Shown here piece after piece: positions 44,806 through 57,031 of a stretch of DNA of 64,000 nt. Each line of letters begins with the position of its first letter. Position 1 is the first letter of the stretch. Position numbers and translations under genes: made by a program. The DNA comes from Escherichia coli (GTDB lineage Bacteria > Pseudomonadota > Gammaproteobacteria > Enterobacterales > Enterobacteriaceae), in NCBI RefSeq assembly GCF_003334315.1, contig NZ_QOWR01000009.1. One strand, given 5' to 3'. Below the pieces are notes generated by a model that saw nothing but the letters and a program-made list of their open reading frames with translations, searched no databases and had not been told where the DNA came from.

Positions 44806-44985
44806 CGCATCCGGCATTTGGTTCCTGTCGCCGGATGCGGCTTGAACGCCTTATCCGGCCTACAAAACCATACAAATCAGTATGTTGAGCTTATTGTAGG
44901 CCGGATAAAACGCGCCAGCGTTGCATCCGGCATTTGGCTCCTGTTGCCGGATGCGGCGTGAACGCCTTATCCGGCCTACAAAACC
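44806..44985. repeat. BIME (cluster of REP units, two ~65-bp direct copies plus inverted copy)
   Basis: gcatccggcatttgg(t/c)tcctgt(c/t)gccggatgcggc(t/g)tgaacgccttatccggcctacaaaacc occurs twice (44806-44870, 44921-44985) with an inverted REP between. Confidence 0.75.
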
Positions 44986-45038
44986 ACACAGATCATGATG
45001 TTATGTGCGTTTATGACCGAATGCGGACCACATTCACA

Positions 45039-46049
45039 TCATTTCTTACGCGCGTATTTCAGTGAATCCAGCGCTACGGCGAAGATAATAATCGCCCCTT
45101 TGATGATATACTGCCAGTATGGGTTTACGCCGATATACGTCAGGCCATAGTTGATGACGGTAAAAATAATTACCCCGGTCACCACGCCAATCACCGTCCC
45201 CACACCGCCGCTGAACGATACACCGCCTACCACGCACGCCGCGATAGCATCCAGCTCATACATAAAGCCGAGGTTGTTGGTGGCAGAGCCGATACGTCCG
45301 GCTTCTAACATCCCGCCAAAGGCATAGAACACGCCAGACAACGCGTAGATCATCAGCAGGTTCAGGCCGACGTTGACACCAGATACTTTTGCCGCTTCCG
45401 GGTTACCGCCAATGGCAAAAATGTTCTTACCGAAGCGGGTTTTGTTCCACAACACCCAGACGAACGCCACCGCAATCAACGCGTAGAAGGTGATGTAAGA
45501 GAGACGGAAACTCCCCAGCGCGACAAAGCCCTGAGCAAAGGTAGAGAAGCCACTGTCAAAACCAGAAATTGGCGACGCCCCGACAAAGTCGTAATAGAGC
45601 GAGTTGATGCCATAGACGATGATCATCGTGCCGAGCGTGGTAATGAACGGCGTCACGTTGAGATAAGCGATAATCAGACCGTTGATCAAACCGATCACCG
45701 CACCAATGGCACAGACAATCAGAATAACCAGCGCAATCGGCATCGTCGCCATTTCCGGGAACACTTTGTTGGCGTTATCCATGGACTGCAATAATGTCGC
45801 AGCCACCACTGCCGCCAGCCCTACCTGACGACCAGCAGAAAGATCGGTCCCCTGGGTGACAATTAACCCTGCCACACCGAGCGCGATAATAATACGCACC
45901 GATGACTGGGTGAGAATATTACTTAAGTTCAACAGACTTAAAAATGTTGGGTCCTGGAAAATAATAATCGCCAGCAAAACTAAAAGAACGACGTAAATAC
46001 CGCCCTCTTTCAGGTAAGTAAGAAAACTTTTCTTATTTAACGCACTCAT
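45039..46049 (-). CDS. mglC: Galactose/methyl-galactoside ABC transporter permease MglC (336 aa)
   Basis: ORF track 45039..46049 (-). Confidence 0.95.
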   Translation of the reverse strand: MSALNKKSFLTYLKEGGIYVVLLVLLAIIIFQDPTFLSLLNLSNILTQSSVRIIIALGVAGLIVTQGTDLSAGRQVGLAAVVAATLLQSMDNANKVFPEMATMPIALVILIVCAIGAVIGLINGLIIAYLNVTPFITTLGTMIIVYGINSLYYDFVGASPISGFDSGFSTFAQGFVALGSFRLSYITFYALIAVAFVWVLWNKTRFGKNIFAIGGNPEAAKVSGVNVGLNLLMIYALSGVFYAFGGMLEAGRIGSATNNLGFMYELDAIAACVVGGVSFSGGVGTVIGVVTGVIIFTVINYGLTYIGVNPYWQYIIKGAIIIFAVALDSLKYARKK

Positions 46050-46064
46050 GGGAAGCCCCTAATC

Positions 46065-47585
46065 TTAAAGGTGCAAAGACGCAAGACGCAGAATTTCGTT
46101 TTGCGTTGTTGTTTTTGTATCGACAATTCCGGAAACGAGACCATTGCTCATGACCAGAATACGGTCTGTTATCCCTAACAACTCAGGCATTTCAGAGGAG
46201 ATAATAATAATCCCCTTGCCTTTCTTCGCCAGTTCGGCAATTAACTGATAAATTTCAAACTTCGCCCCGACATCAATACCGCGCGTCGGTTCATCGAGCA
46301 TTAATATTTCTGGTTGCGTTAGTAGCCAGCGACCAATAATCACCTTTTGCTGATTACCACCGGAGAGCGAACCAATTTGCGTCCGATGACCCGGCGTTTT
46401 TACCCGCATCGAATCAATCACCCACTGGGTATCGCTTTTCATCCGCGAGTTATCCAGTAAACCAACTTTATTTTTGTAGTTGCGAATATTGGAAATTAAC
46501 GAGTTAAAACCAATATCCAGATAGGCATAAATTCCCGTTGAGCGGCGCTCCTCAGTTACCAGTGCAAATCCATGGTTTATGGCTTCGTTGGCATTATGGT
46601 TATTGATCTGTTTGCCGTGCAACGTTATGGTGCCAGCCGATTTCTCGCGAATACCAAATAACGTCTCAACAATATCGGTACGTTTCGCCCCCACCAGACC
46701 GGCAATACCGAGGATCTCCCCTTTATGCAGATCAAACGAGACATCGCGAATCGACGGCTGGCGCAGTGACGTCAGGTTACGTACCTCGAGGATGACTTCG
46801 CCCGGTTTGTTTTCTTTGTCAGGGAAACGCTGGTTAAGAGAACGCCCAACCATCATGGCGATGATCTTGTCCATCGTCAGTCCTGCCAGCGGTTCGGTGG
46901 CGATCCACTGACCGTCGCGCAATACGGTAACTTCATCACATAACTGGAAGATTTCTTCCATTTTATGCGAGATATAAACAATACCGCAGCCGCGCTCTTT
47001 TAATTTACGAATAATAGTGAACAGATGATTGACCTCTTTTTCGGTTAACGAAGAAGTCGGTTCATCCATAATCACAATTTTCGCGTTATAGGAAAACGCT
47101 TTGGCGATTTCGATCATCTGCATTTGCGAAACGGATAATGTGCCGACGCGCGCACGCGGATCGATATCAATATCCAGTTCGTCAAAAATCGCTTTGGTTT
47201 CGCGGTACATTTTGTCCTGATCGACAAACATGCCTTTGGTGGGATATCGCCCCAGCCACATGTTATCCATCACCGAACGTTGTAATACCAGGTTTAACTC
47301 CTGGTGTACCATCGAAATACCATTTTCCAGGGCTTCTTTTGCAGAATGGAAATCGATCTCTTTACCCTGGAATAAAATGGTGCCGGAGTCTTTTTGATAA
47401 ATACCAAACAGGCATTTTAATAATGTCGATTTTCCTGCACCGTTTTCCCCCATTAATGCATGGATAGAATGTGGCCGGACTTTTAAATTAACGTTATCAA
47501 GTGCCTTAACACCAGGAAAGGACTTGTTGATACCGCTCATTTCCAACAAGTATTCCCCGGAGGACGGAGTCGTTGAGCTGACCAT
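46065..47585 (-). CDS. mglA: Galactose ABC transporter ATP-binding protein MglA (506 aa)
   Basis: Two ABC cassettes (GENGAGKST; LSGGNQQKV). Confidence 0.95.
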
Positions 47586-47645
47586 ATAATTTTACCTTGT
47601 TGGCCATACAATAAGGGCGCAGTAATAGACTGCGCCCAATCAGTC

Positions 47646-48644
47646 TTATTTCTTGCTGAATTCAGCCAGGTTGTCTTTATCTACGCCAACATAAGGTACG
47701 CGGACCACTTTGTTGTCGATTTTCCAGTTGGTGCCATCAGCCGCACCTTTACCATCGGCCAGGTTTTTCGCCAGATCAAAGGTCGCTTTCGCCTGGTTGT
47801 TAGCATCGTTCAGTACGGTGCCCGCCAGTGCACCGGATTTCACCAGCGCCAGCGCTTCTGGCAGCGCATCGACGCCAAACACCGGAATGCTGGACTTGTT
47901 GTGTGCTTTCAGCGCTTCAACCGCGCCCATTGCCATCGCATCGTTGTTGGCGATAACCACTTCGATTTTGTTGGCGTTCGGGCCAGACAGCCAGGCGTCC
48001 ATCTTATCTTTCGCCTGAGCGGTGTCCCACATTGCGGTATCTAACTGTAACTGTTCAGTTTTGATGCCTTTATCGTTCAATTCTTTAATCACGTAAGTGG
48101 TACGTGCTTCTGCATCCGGATGGCCCGGTTCACCTTTCAGCAGTACGAACTGAATCTGACCGTCTTTGTTCAGATCCCAACCCTGATTCGCCGCCCAGTG
48201 TTTAGCAATCAAATCGCCTTGAATAATGCCGGACTCTTTGGAGTCAGTGCCAACGTAGTAGGCTTTGTCGTAGCTATCCAGCGCCTTACGAGACGGTTCT
48301 TTGTTGAAGAAAACCACCGGCACGTTTTGCCCACGCGCTTTCTCAATCACCGTACCCGCAGCTGCCGGGTCAACCAGGTTGATTGCCAGTGCCTTCACCC
48401 CTTTCGCCAGCAATACGTCGATCTGATCGTTCTGCTTGGACTGGTCATTCTGAGAATCATTCATCAGCAGCTGAACATCTGGCGCGGCTTTCGCATCTTG
48501 CTCAATAGCCTTGCGCACTACAGACATAAAGTTATCGTCGTACTTATAGATTGTTACACCAATGCGAGTATCAGCAGCGTGTGCAGCGGCACCGAATAAC
48601 ATGCTGGCCATCACAGCAGACAGGGTTAACACCTTCTTATTCAT
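47646..48644 (-). CDS. mglB: Periplasmic galactose/glucose-binding protein MglB (332 aa)
   Basis: ORF track 47646..48644 (-), signal peptide. Confidence 0.95.
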   Translation of the reverse strand: MNKKVLTLSAVMASMLFGAAAHAADTRIGVTIYKYDDNFMSVVRKAIEQDAKAAPDVQLLMNDSQNDQSKQNDQIDVLLAKGVKALAINLVDPAAAGTVIEKARGQNVPVVFFNKEPSRKALDSYDKAYYVGTDSKESGIIQGDLIAKHWAANQGWDLNKDGQIQFVLLKGEPGHPDAEARTTYVIKELNDKGIKTEQLQLDTAMWDTAQAKDKMDAWLSGPNANKIEVVIANNDAMAMGAVEALKAHNKSSIPVFGVDALPEALALVKSGALAGTVLNDANNQAKATFDLAKNLADGKGAADGTNWKIDNKVVRVPYVGVDKDNLAEFSKK

Positions 48645-48893
48645 GGTATCTCCGGTTTTTCTTATGCAGGGTAGTGCTTGAGATAAATGCTCGGCGGGGC
48701 AGTAGAGTTAATGAAGTGTTACTGAACGCCGAAGCTCACTTTTTAAAATTCGTTCTTCCATGCCCGGTAACGCTCCAGAAAACGGCTTTAATTGTTGTTA
48801 TGACGCTGTTACCTCGGCAAAAGTGATTATTCACTGTTACATACGGGTTACAACGTTAAAACGGTGCAATCATAGCTATCACATTGTTAAGAT

Positions 48894-48909
48894 ACTGTGA
48901 AATCACTCA
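48894..48909. promoter_or_regulatory. Consensus CRP site (TGTGA-N6-TCACA) in mgl/galS intergenic region, with adjacent gal-operator-like half
   Basis: tgtgaaatcactcaca 48894-48909; followed by gattgaaagcggttacat. Confidence 0.45.
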
Positions 48910-48923
48910 CAGATTGAAAGCGG

Positions 48924-49964
48924 TTACATCGCCTGATTTGTTGAGTTAGTGATCGCCGCCGCATTCTGGCGTGTTGCGACAGAATGGCGACGCACTAACG
49001 TCGGCATAAAACAGTGGCTGGCACGAGGATCAATATTGCCTGCTGCCCCCTGCAAGGCCAGTTCGGTGGCTAATTTCGCCATTGAAGCAATGGGATAACG
49101 CACGGTCGTTAATTGCGGGTCGGTGTAACGGGCGATGGGAATATCATCGAAACCGATGATTGAGAGATGTAACGGAATCGCAATGCCATTATCTTTTAAT
49201 GCTGTCAGTGCGCCAGCGGCCATATTGTCGTTATAAGCAAATACAGCGGTAAGTTGTAGATTGCGCCCCAGCAGTTCAACCATCGCCGCCTCACCGCCCG
49301 GCATGTCCGGCGTACCAGCGCCAATCCAGCTTTCCGGCGGAATAATATCCTGCTCTTTCAACGCACTCATCCAGCCTGCTTTACGCATGGCGTCATCTTC
49401 AATGCCGTGGCTGGAAGAAAGATAACCAATACGTTGATGACCGTTATTCAGCAACATGCGCGTCGCCATTCGGGCACCGCTGAGATTATCCAGGCAAACG
49501 CAACGATGGGCGTACCCCGGCACAACGCGGTTGATTAACACCATACCGGGAATGTTATCCATAAATTGCGCCAGTTCATCGTCACTCAATGCTTTTGAGT
49601 GAACAATCAACGCATTACAACGCTGGCGAATTAACACCTCAATGGCGTGACGCTCTTTTTCCGCTTCATGATAGCTATTGCCGATTAGCACGTATTTCTG
49701 ATGCTGCTGAGCGACCAGATCCACCGCTTTTACCAGCGCGCCGAAAAACGCATCAGAAACGTCCATCACCACCACGCCAATGGTGTCGCTAACCTGAGTT
49801 GCCAGCGCCTGGGCATTGGCGTTTGGCCGATAATCCAGCTCACTCACGGCTTTCATTACTGCTTCACGCGTGTCGGCACTGACCAGCGTGCTGTTATTGA
49901 GCACCCGGGAAACCGTTGCCACAGAGACGCCAGCCTGACGCGCTACATCACGAATGGTGATCAT
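48924..49964 (-). CDS. galS: LacI/GalR-family repressor GalS (346 aa)
   Basis: ORF trimmed to [24 protein letters not shown] (HTH). Confidence 0.92.
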
Positions 49965-50040
49965 ATTCACTACCTGTTATGAGATTGCAGTAAATGACTG
50001 CTTGCTGGCGGCTATTTTGTCAGCACTGAATACAGGACTT

Positions 50041-50076
50041 CGTGAATCGAGTCACAGCAATGGAAACGGTTACAGC
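50041..50076. promoter_or_regulatory. Putative CRP-like site and gal operator upstream of galS
   Basis: cgtgaatcgagtcaca (CRP-like) followed by gcaatggaaacggttacagc (palindromic operator-like). Confidence 0.3.
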
Positions 50077-50105
50077 CGTTTTGTTAACGAATGTGATCCA
50101 GATCG

Positions 50106-51263
50106 TTATCTTGATGTTTTAGATATTGCCGGTCCGGCAGCACGCAAAGTTAACTGACGCCAGAGCCATTCCACCGGCCCCTGGCGGAAGTAACGCAGCC
50201 AGATAACAGAGAAGAGGATATTCGCCAGCCATACCGGAATAACAAACGCCAGCAGCTCCAGGCGGTCAAAATGCATAAACAAACCGAGGTGGTAAAAAAG
50301 CGTGGTACAAATCAGCGTTTGCAATAGATAGTTGGTCAGCGCCATCCGTCCGACGCAGGCGATCGCAAGCACCAGCTTAAAGCGGCTCAATTGCGGCCAG
50401 AAGCCATAAAACAGCGACGCATAGCCAATCGCCTGAAACGGCGCACTCAGTTCCCGCGGCATTTGAAGTAAGAAGGCACACCAGCGATACGCCCAGTCCA
50501 GCTGCCATTGCAGGGCGATGGCAGGAAGGTTAATGGTCACCCCAATCGCCACCAGCACAAAACCAGTACGACGATAGTGACGTAAGCTGAACTGCCCTTT
50601 CAGCCAGCCGCTGCGCATCAGCGCCGCACCAATGAGCATCATCCCTGCCAGTTGCCAGCCATACTGTGCGCCCAGTGCCAGTAAACTGTTGCCAACACCA
50701 TCGGCACGATTACTGATCGCTTCAACGCCGCCGTGAAGCTTCCAGTATTTTTCATACAAAATAGCCGATGCATCCGGCGTCCAGGCGCGGCTGGTCTGGC
50801 TGTCGGAAATCAGCCCCAATAACAGCAAAACGCCAAGCCCCACCAGATAAAGCATGACGCCTGTATTAAACAGGCTTTTTACCGATGGCGCATCGCGCAC
50901 CAGCCGCCAGCAGATTAAGCCCACCAGCCCGTAAGCCAGCAAAATATCGCCGTCCCAGAACAATAAACCGTGAATAAAGCCCAACAAGACTAACAGCGTT
51001 AACCGCGACTGGATCCAGCGTCTGCCACGGGGCAGCAACATTTGCAGGCCCGCACCAAACAGTAGCGCAAAAAGCGTGAGGAATTTCACCTGGCCGATGA
51101 GATCAAGAAATGCCCAAGTCCATGCATCCCGCGGCGTAATAGCACCGTACCAGGCGGGATTGAGATAAGCCGCCTTTGGTAGCCCAAAGGCGCTGATGTT
51201 TAATAGCAGGATCCCCAGAATGGCGACGCCGCGAACAAAATCGAGCGTGACGTTGCGCTCCAT
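50106..51263 (-). CDS. yeiB: Inner membrane protein YeiB (385 aa)
   Basis: ORF track 50106..51263 (-). Confidence 0.85.
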   Translation of the reverse strand: MERNVTLDFVRGVAILGILLLNISAFGLPKAAYLNPAWYGAITPRDAWTWAFLDLIGQVKFLTLFALLFGAGLQMLLPRGRRWIQSRLTLLVLLGFIHGLLFWDGDILLAYGLVGLICWRLVRDAPSVKSLFNTGVMLYLVGLGVLLLLGLISDSQTSRAWTPDASAILYEKYWKLHGGVEAISNRADGVGNSLLALGAQYGWQLAGMMLIGAALMRSGWLKGQFSLRHYRRTGFVLVAIGVTINLPAIALQWQLDWAYRWCAFLLQMPRELSAPFQAIGYASLFYGFWPQLSRFKLVLAIACVGRMALTNYLLQTLICTTLFYHLGLFMHFDRLELLAFVIPVWLANILFSVIWLRYFRQGPVEWLWRQLTLRAAGPAISKTSR

Positions 51264-51279
51264 GGTTCCTGCCTTTTAA

Positions 51280-51948
51280 TCAGTTGTGATGACGCACAGC
51301 GCGCAGAAACTCGTGGCGCGTATTCTGACTGGATTTGAACAATCCACCAAGAGAGGTCGTTGTCGTGGCACTGGTTGCATCGCGGATGCCACGCGCCTTC
51401 ACGCAGTAATGCACCGCGTCGATCGAGACAGCCACGTTATTGGTGCCCAGCAGCGTTTGTAGCGCAATAAGAATTTGCTGCGTCAGACGTTCCTGCACCT
51501 GCGGACGCTGGGCAAAGAACTGCACAATGCGGTTAATTTTTGACAGACCGATCACCGAATCTTTCGGGATATAGGCCACCGTCGCTTTGCCATCGATGGT
51601 AACAAAATGGTGTTCACAGGTGCTGGTCAGAGTGATATCGCGCACGGTGACCATTTCATCGACCTTCATTTTGTTTTCAATGAGGGTGATTTTCGGGAAA
51701 TTGGCGTAATCCAGACCGGAGAAAATTTCATCGACATACATTTTAGCGATGCGATGCGGCGTTTCCATCAAACTGTCATCAGCCAGGTCGAGATTCAGCA
51801 GCTGCATGATTTCGGTCATATGACCAGCAATAAGGCTTTTGCGCGTTTCGTTATCCATTTCATGCACGGGCGGGCGCAGCGGTGTTTCCAGTCCTCGCGC
51901 AACTAACGCTTCATGAACCAGGGCCGCTTCTTTACTGAGTGATGGCAT
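51280..51948 (-). CDS. folE: GTP cyclohydrolase I FolE (222 aa)
   Basis: [24 protein letters not shown]...; motif CEHH. Confidence 0.95.
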
Positions 51949-52172
51949 TTATGATTTCTCCTGCAGGTGTGACGCCTCCGCCCTGCGTGGGGGCAAAGTT
52001 ATTAAGCTGATTTACAGCCTGATTATTGTGCGTGAGGCGGCGCACATAATCCAGTATTCACAGCGATAATTATTGTAATTGCCGCTGCCTTTCATCAGCA
52101 GATGTTAAAACATCGTTATGCAAATACGGAAGTGAAAGTTACTCACAGCACATTGAATAAACGGTATGATGA

Positions 52173-53042
<870 letters not shown>

Positions 53043-53048
53043 AAGTCC

Positions 53049-53064
53049 GCCCGGTTCGCCGGGC
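53049..53064. terminator. Short hairpin between convergent yeiG and cirA
   Basis: gcccgg-ttcg-ccgggc; weak T tracts. Confidence 0.3.
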
Positions 53065-53073
53065 ATCTTCTCA

Positions 53074-55065
53074 TCAGAAGCGATAATCCACTGCCATAAA
53101 GTAACGACGTCCGTCTTCGTTATAGCTGTAGTCGTCACGACTGAGATCCTTGTCGCCAAGGTTCAGCACGCCTGCGCGCAGTTTGACGTCTTTAGTCACC
53201 TGCCAGGCCGCGCCGGTATTCCAGATGGTATAACCGCCCGGTGTTTTAGCCGTCGCGCTGTCGGCGCGTTTCTGCCCGGTATAGTGCCCAGAAACATAGA
53301 ATGACCAGTCTTCCAGCGCCAGCGGTTTCCAGTCCAGCGTACCGTTAGCAGTATGGAACGGCAGATCGGATAGCGGTTTGTTTTCGCCGTTGCTGACATC
53401 ACGACCATCGTTGTAGGTGTAGTTGATCGACAGTTTCCATTCATCGTTGAACGGAATTTTCAGTTCGGTTTCCACGCCCTGAATACGAGCTTTGTTAACG
53501 TTGTAGTAGCTAAATACCGGTATGCGCCGTCCGTTAGCGCCCGTCTCAAAACCAACAAAGTTTTGGTAGCCCGGTGCAGCGTTGACGTCAGACGTACGGC
53601 TGATGCTGATACGATCTTTCACATCGTTACGGAAAACGGTAACGCTGGATTCAACCCCTTCCAGCCAGCCTTCTTCACCCATGTAGTAAAGCCCCAGCTC
53701 CCAACTTTCGCTGGTTTCTGGTTTCAGATCCGGGCTACCCACAATCTTACATGCGCCACGGCAGGAATTGCTCGTCCAGTCAGGGCTAAGTTGCAACAGA
53801 GAAGGTGCTTTAAATGCCGTCGCCCAGCCCCCTTTCACCGTTACGGTGTCGGTGGCGTTATAAACCAGGTAGGCACGCGGACTCCAGTGTTCACCGTAGG
53901 TTTCATGATCGTCCATACGTACGCCGGTCGTCAGCGCCAGCGGCTCGAAGATCCGCCATTCATCTTCCACAAACAGCGCGTACTGGCTGGCAGACGTTTT
54001 GGAGCTGGTTCCCCCGGTCAGGTTCACCGCATCGCTAAGTTTGTCGTGACGCCATTCACCGCCAACCGTGAGAAACTGATTAATCGCCGTCAGCGGCAAC
54101 GTGTATTTGCCGTCGACCGTATTGCTTTCGGAAGTTATCGGGCTGCTGTTGCCAGGGTTTTTGTTCTCGACTTTCTCACCGTAGTATTTCAGTTCGCTGG
54201 TGCCGTAATCCCAACGCCCATTATGGCTGACGGAGTAGTTCTGGCGTTCCAGGCGGTTTTTGTCCAGCGAGTCGGAATCACGATCCTGACGGTCGAAACC
54301 GTATCCGGCAGTAAAATCGTGATTTTGATTCGGTGTCCAGGCAAATTCGACATTGCCGTCGCGGCTGGAGAATCCTTCAATACGCGGCGTTTCTCCGGTA
54401 TCGGTGGTCGTTGAGTTTTGCGGGTCATCCTTTTCACGTTTTGCCAGGCTGCCGTAAGCTTTCATTCCCAGCACGCCGTCAATTAATGGTCCGCTGGTAA
54501 AGAACTGACCGTTATAGGTATCACCGCGATCGCGATGTTCCTGAACGGTGGTATCGACGGTAACGGTGCCCGACCATTTCTGACCGATTTTTTTGGTGAT
54601 GATATTCACTACACCGCCGAGCGCATCGGAACCGTACAGCGACGACATCGGGCCACGGACCACTTCAATACGTTCGATGGAATCGACCGGGATCCAGTTC
54701 AGATCGAAATCATTGTGGCGGAAGACGGCATTGCGGGAGTTAACGCGTTTACCGTCGACAAGAATCAGGGTGTAGCTGCTGTCCAGACCACGAATACTAA
54801 CGCCCTTACGGTTATCCCCTTCGTTCGTCAGTTGTACGCCAGGCACTTCTTTGAGGACATCCTTCAGATTCTGTACCGGTTTTCGCTGCAGGTCTTCCTG
54901 GGTAATGACGCTGATACTGGCGGGTGCATCTTTAAGGTTTTGTTCAACGGAAGATGCAGTGACAACCATCGTTTCGCCATCATCATCGACCGCTAACACA
55001 GGCCATGCACAAGAAATAGCGGACAAACACAGCCCGACCCGTACGAAAGGGTTCAACCTAAACAT
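53074..55065 (-). CDS. cirA: TonB-dependent catecholate siderophore/colicin I receptor CirA (663 aa)
   Basis: Signal peptide, TonB box region, C-terminal ...YRF. Confidence 0.95.
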   Translation of the reverse strand: MFRLNPFVRVGLCLSAISCAWPVLAVDDDGETMVVTASSVEQNLKDAPASISVITQEDLQRKPVQNLKDVLKEVPGVQLTNEGDNRKGVSIRGLDSSYTLILVDGKRVNSRNAVFRHNDFDLNWIPVDSIERIEVVRGPMSSLYGSDALGGVVNIITKKIGQKWSGTVTVDTTVQEHRDRGDTYNGQFFTSGPLIDGVLGMKAYGSLAKREKDDPQNSTTTDTGETPRIEGFSSRDGNVEFAWTPNQNHDFTAGYGFDRQDRDSDSLDKNRLERQNYSVSHNGRWDYGTSELKYYGEKVENKNPGNSSPITSESNTVDGKYTLPLTAINQFLTVGGEWRHDKLSDAVNLTGGTSSKTSASQYALFVEDEWRIFEPLALTTGVRMDDHETYGEHWSPRAYLVYNATDTVTVKGGWATAFKAPSLLQLSPDWTSNSCRGACKIVGSPDLKPETSESWELGLYYMGEEGWLEGVESSVTVFRNDVKDRISISRTSDVNAAPGYQNFVGFETGANGRRIPVFSYYNVNKARIQGVETELKIPFNDEWKLSINYTYNDGRDVSNGENKPLSDLPFHTANGTLDWKPLALEDWSFYVSGHYTGQKRADSATAKTPGGYTIWNTGAAWQVTKDVKLRAGVLNLGDKDLSRDDYSYNEDGRRYFMAVDYRF

Positions 55066-55234
55066 TCCATATCTCCATGAGGTAACTACGAAAATAAAAT
55101 GGGTTATCGCTCACATCTTCTTCACGTCCCCTTGCGTACGGCAGCATCGCGGTGGACTTATTTGTATGCAGGTGATCATCCCAGAAAGCCGGACCAGCCT
55201 CTGATTTGTCAGCCTTTTTTGATTGCGGCGTAAC

Positions 55235-55259
55235 GATAATGCAAACGATAACAATTATC
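55235..55259. promoter_or_regulatory. Fur-box-like sequence upstream of cirA
   Basis: gataatgcaaacgataacaattatc resembles the GATAAT-rich Fur consensus. Confidence 0.4.
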
Positions 55260-55311
55260 AATCCAAATGTTAAATTTTATATCCGCATGATTTGTCAGGG
55301 AAATGGAATTG

Positions 55312-55336
55312 AAAAAGCCCTCTCGGTTGAGAGGGC
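55312..55336 (-). terminator. Intrinsic terminator after lysP
   Basis: Hairpin gccctctc-ggtt-gagagggc (55317-55336) with T-run on minus strand (aaaaa 55312-55316 on +). Confidence 0.65.
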
Positions 55337-55357
55337 TTAGCAAGGAAGGGAGGAAAC

Positions 55358-56827
55358 TTATTTCTTATCGTTCTGCGGGAACTTCATTTCGCTGTAGCGT
55401 ACGAAGTGAGTTCCTTTAATCAGCTTGTAGCCGAACCAAATAATCAGGAACAGCGGGATACCAATATACGTTGCCGCTACGCCGCCCCAGTCAATAGTAT
55501 CTTTCAGGAACGCTTCGTAGTTCTGGCCCAAAGTGATAATCAGACACAGAATGAATGCGAAGATCGGCCCCAATGGGAAGAAACCTGAACGGTACGGCAG
55601 ATCGTTAATGTCGTGTCCCTGCAATACGTAACCGCGACGGAAGCGATAGTGGCTAATGGCAATCCCCAGCCAGGCGATAAAACCCGTCATCCCGGAGGTA
55701 TTCAGCAGCCACAGGTATACCGTCTGGTTGCCAAACATGGAGGTCAGGAAGCACAGACCGGCAATCACCGTCGTCGCATACAGCGCATTACGCGGCACGC
55801 CACCACGCGACAGTTTAGCGAAAATGCGCGGCGCTTTACCGTCACACGCCAGGGTGTACAGCATACGAGTAGACGCATACATACCGGAGTTACCGGCTGA
55901 CAGCACCGCCGTCAGAATAACTGCGTTCATCACCGCCGCCGCAGAGAGCAGACCCGCGTGCTGGAACACCAGGGTGAACGGACTAACGCTGATGTCTTTA
56001 ACATCGTTACGCAGCAGGCTCGGATCGGTGTACGGAATAATGAGGCTGATAATCAGGATCGCGAACACATAGAACAACAGGATTCGCCAGAACACCTGAC
56101 GTACCGCGCGTGGAATGTTTTTCGCCGGATCTTCGGACTCGCCTGCAGCAATACCGATCAGCTCGGTTCCCTGGAAAGAGAAGCCGACAATCATAGCTAC
56201 GCCGATCATCGCCGCAAAACCACCAGCAAACGGCGCTTCGCCGATTGTCCAGTTGCTCCAGCCCGCAGGCTGCGCGCCTTTGAAGATACCGATAATCATC
56301 AGCACGCCAACGATGATAAAGACAATAACTGTCGTGACTTTGATCAGTGAGAACCAGTATTCCGCTTCACCAAAGCCACGAACTGAGATGTAGTTCAGCA
56401 GGAAGATAACGCCGAGGAACAACGCACTCCAGATCCAGCCCGGTGTATCCGGGAACCACCAGCTCATGACCAGCTGAGCTGCAACCAGGTCAACGGCGAT
56501 AGTCACCGCCCAGTTGTACCAGTAGTTCCAGCCCAGCGCGAAGCCAAAGCCTTCTTCAACATAGTTCTGACCGTAAGTGGCAAACGAACCGGAAACCGGC
56601 ATATATGCAGCCAGTTCACCGAGACTGGTCATCAGGAAGTAAACCATCAGGCCAATCAACATATACGAGAGCAATGCCCCGCCCGGACCTGCCTGAGAAA
56701 TCGTTGCGCCAGAGGCAACAAAAAGACCTGTACCGATGGAACCGCCAATGGCAATCATCGTCAGGTGACGCGCCTTTAATTCACGGCGTAAGCCCGGCGC
56801 TTCTGTGGTTTTAGTTTCGGAAACCAT
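55358..56827 (-). CDS. lysP: Lysine-specific permease LysP (489 aa)
   Basis: APC-family amino acid permease. Confidence 0.95.
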   Translation of the reverse strand: MVSETKTTEAPGLRRELKARHLTMIAIGGSIGTGLFVASGATISQAGPGGALLSYMLIGLMVYFLMTSLGELAAYMPVSGSFATYGQNYVEEGFGFALGWNYWYNWAVTIAVDLVAAQLVMSWWFPDTPGWIWSALFLGVIFLLNYISVRGFGEAEYWFSLIKVTTVIVFIIVGVLMIIGIFKGAQPAGWSNWTIGEAPFAGGFAAMIGVAMIVGFSFQGTELIGIAAGESEDPAKNIPRAVRQVFWRILLFYVFAILIISLIIPYTDPSLLRNDVKDISVSPFTLVFQHAGLLSAAAVMNAVILTAVLSAGNSGMYASTRMLYTLACDGKAPRIFAKLSRGGVPRNALYATTVIAGLCFLTSMFGNQTVYLWLLNTSGMTGFIAWLGIAISHYRFRRGYVLQGHDINDLPYRSGFFPLGPIFAFILCLIITLGQNYEAFLKDTIDWGGVAATYIGIPLFLIIWFGYKLIKGTHFVRYSEMKFPQNDKK

Positions 56828-57031
56828 ACAAAAATGCTATCCATCTAAAAAATGAGGCGCGATTGTAGCAGACGATTGGCAATCCTTCCGGCAGAAATAC
56901 ACGGTTATAAGACACCTTCATGATCGCCCAGGGATTATAAGTAAAGCAGCCAATCTCTTTTCTGGCGAATGCATGCTGAAGGCGCTGCGTCACGAAATCG
57001 ACACAGCACCAGCATGTTCTTGTACAGCAAC

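Noticed and set aside
44806-44985. Possible CRISPR array (regularly spaced direct repeats)
   Set aside because: Only two repeat copies, no uniform spacers, repeats match REP character, and no cas genes in the window; classified as BIME.
53563-54414. 283-aa ORF antisense within cirA
   Set aside because: Shadow ORF inside the TonB-dependent receptor gene; Arg-rich low-complexity translation.
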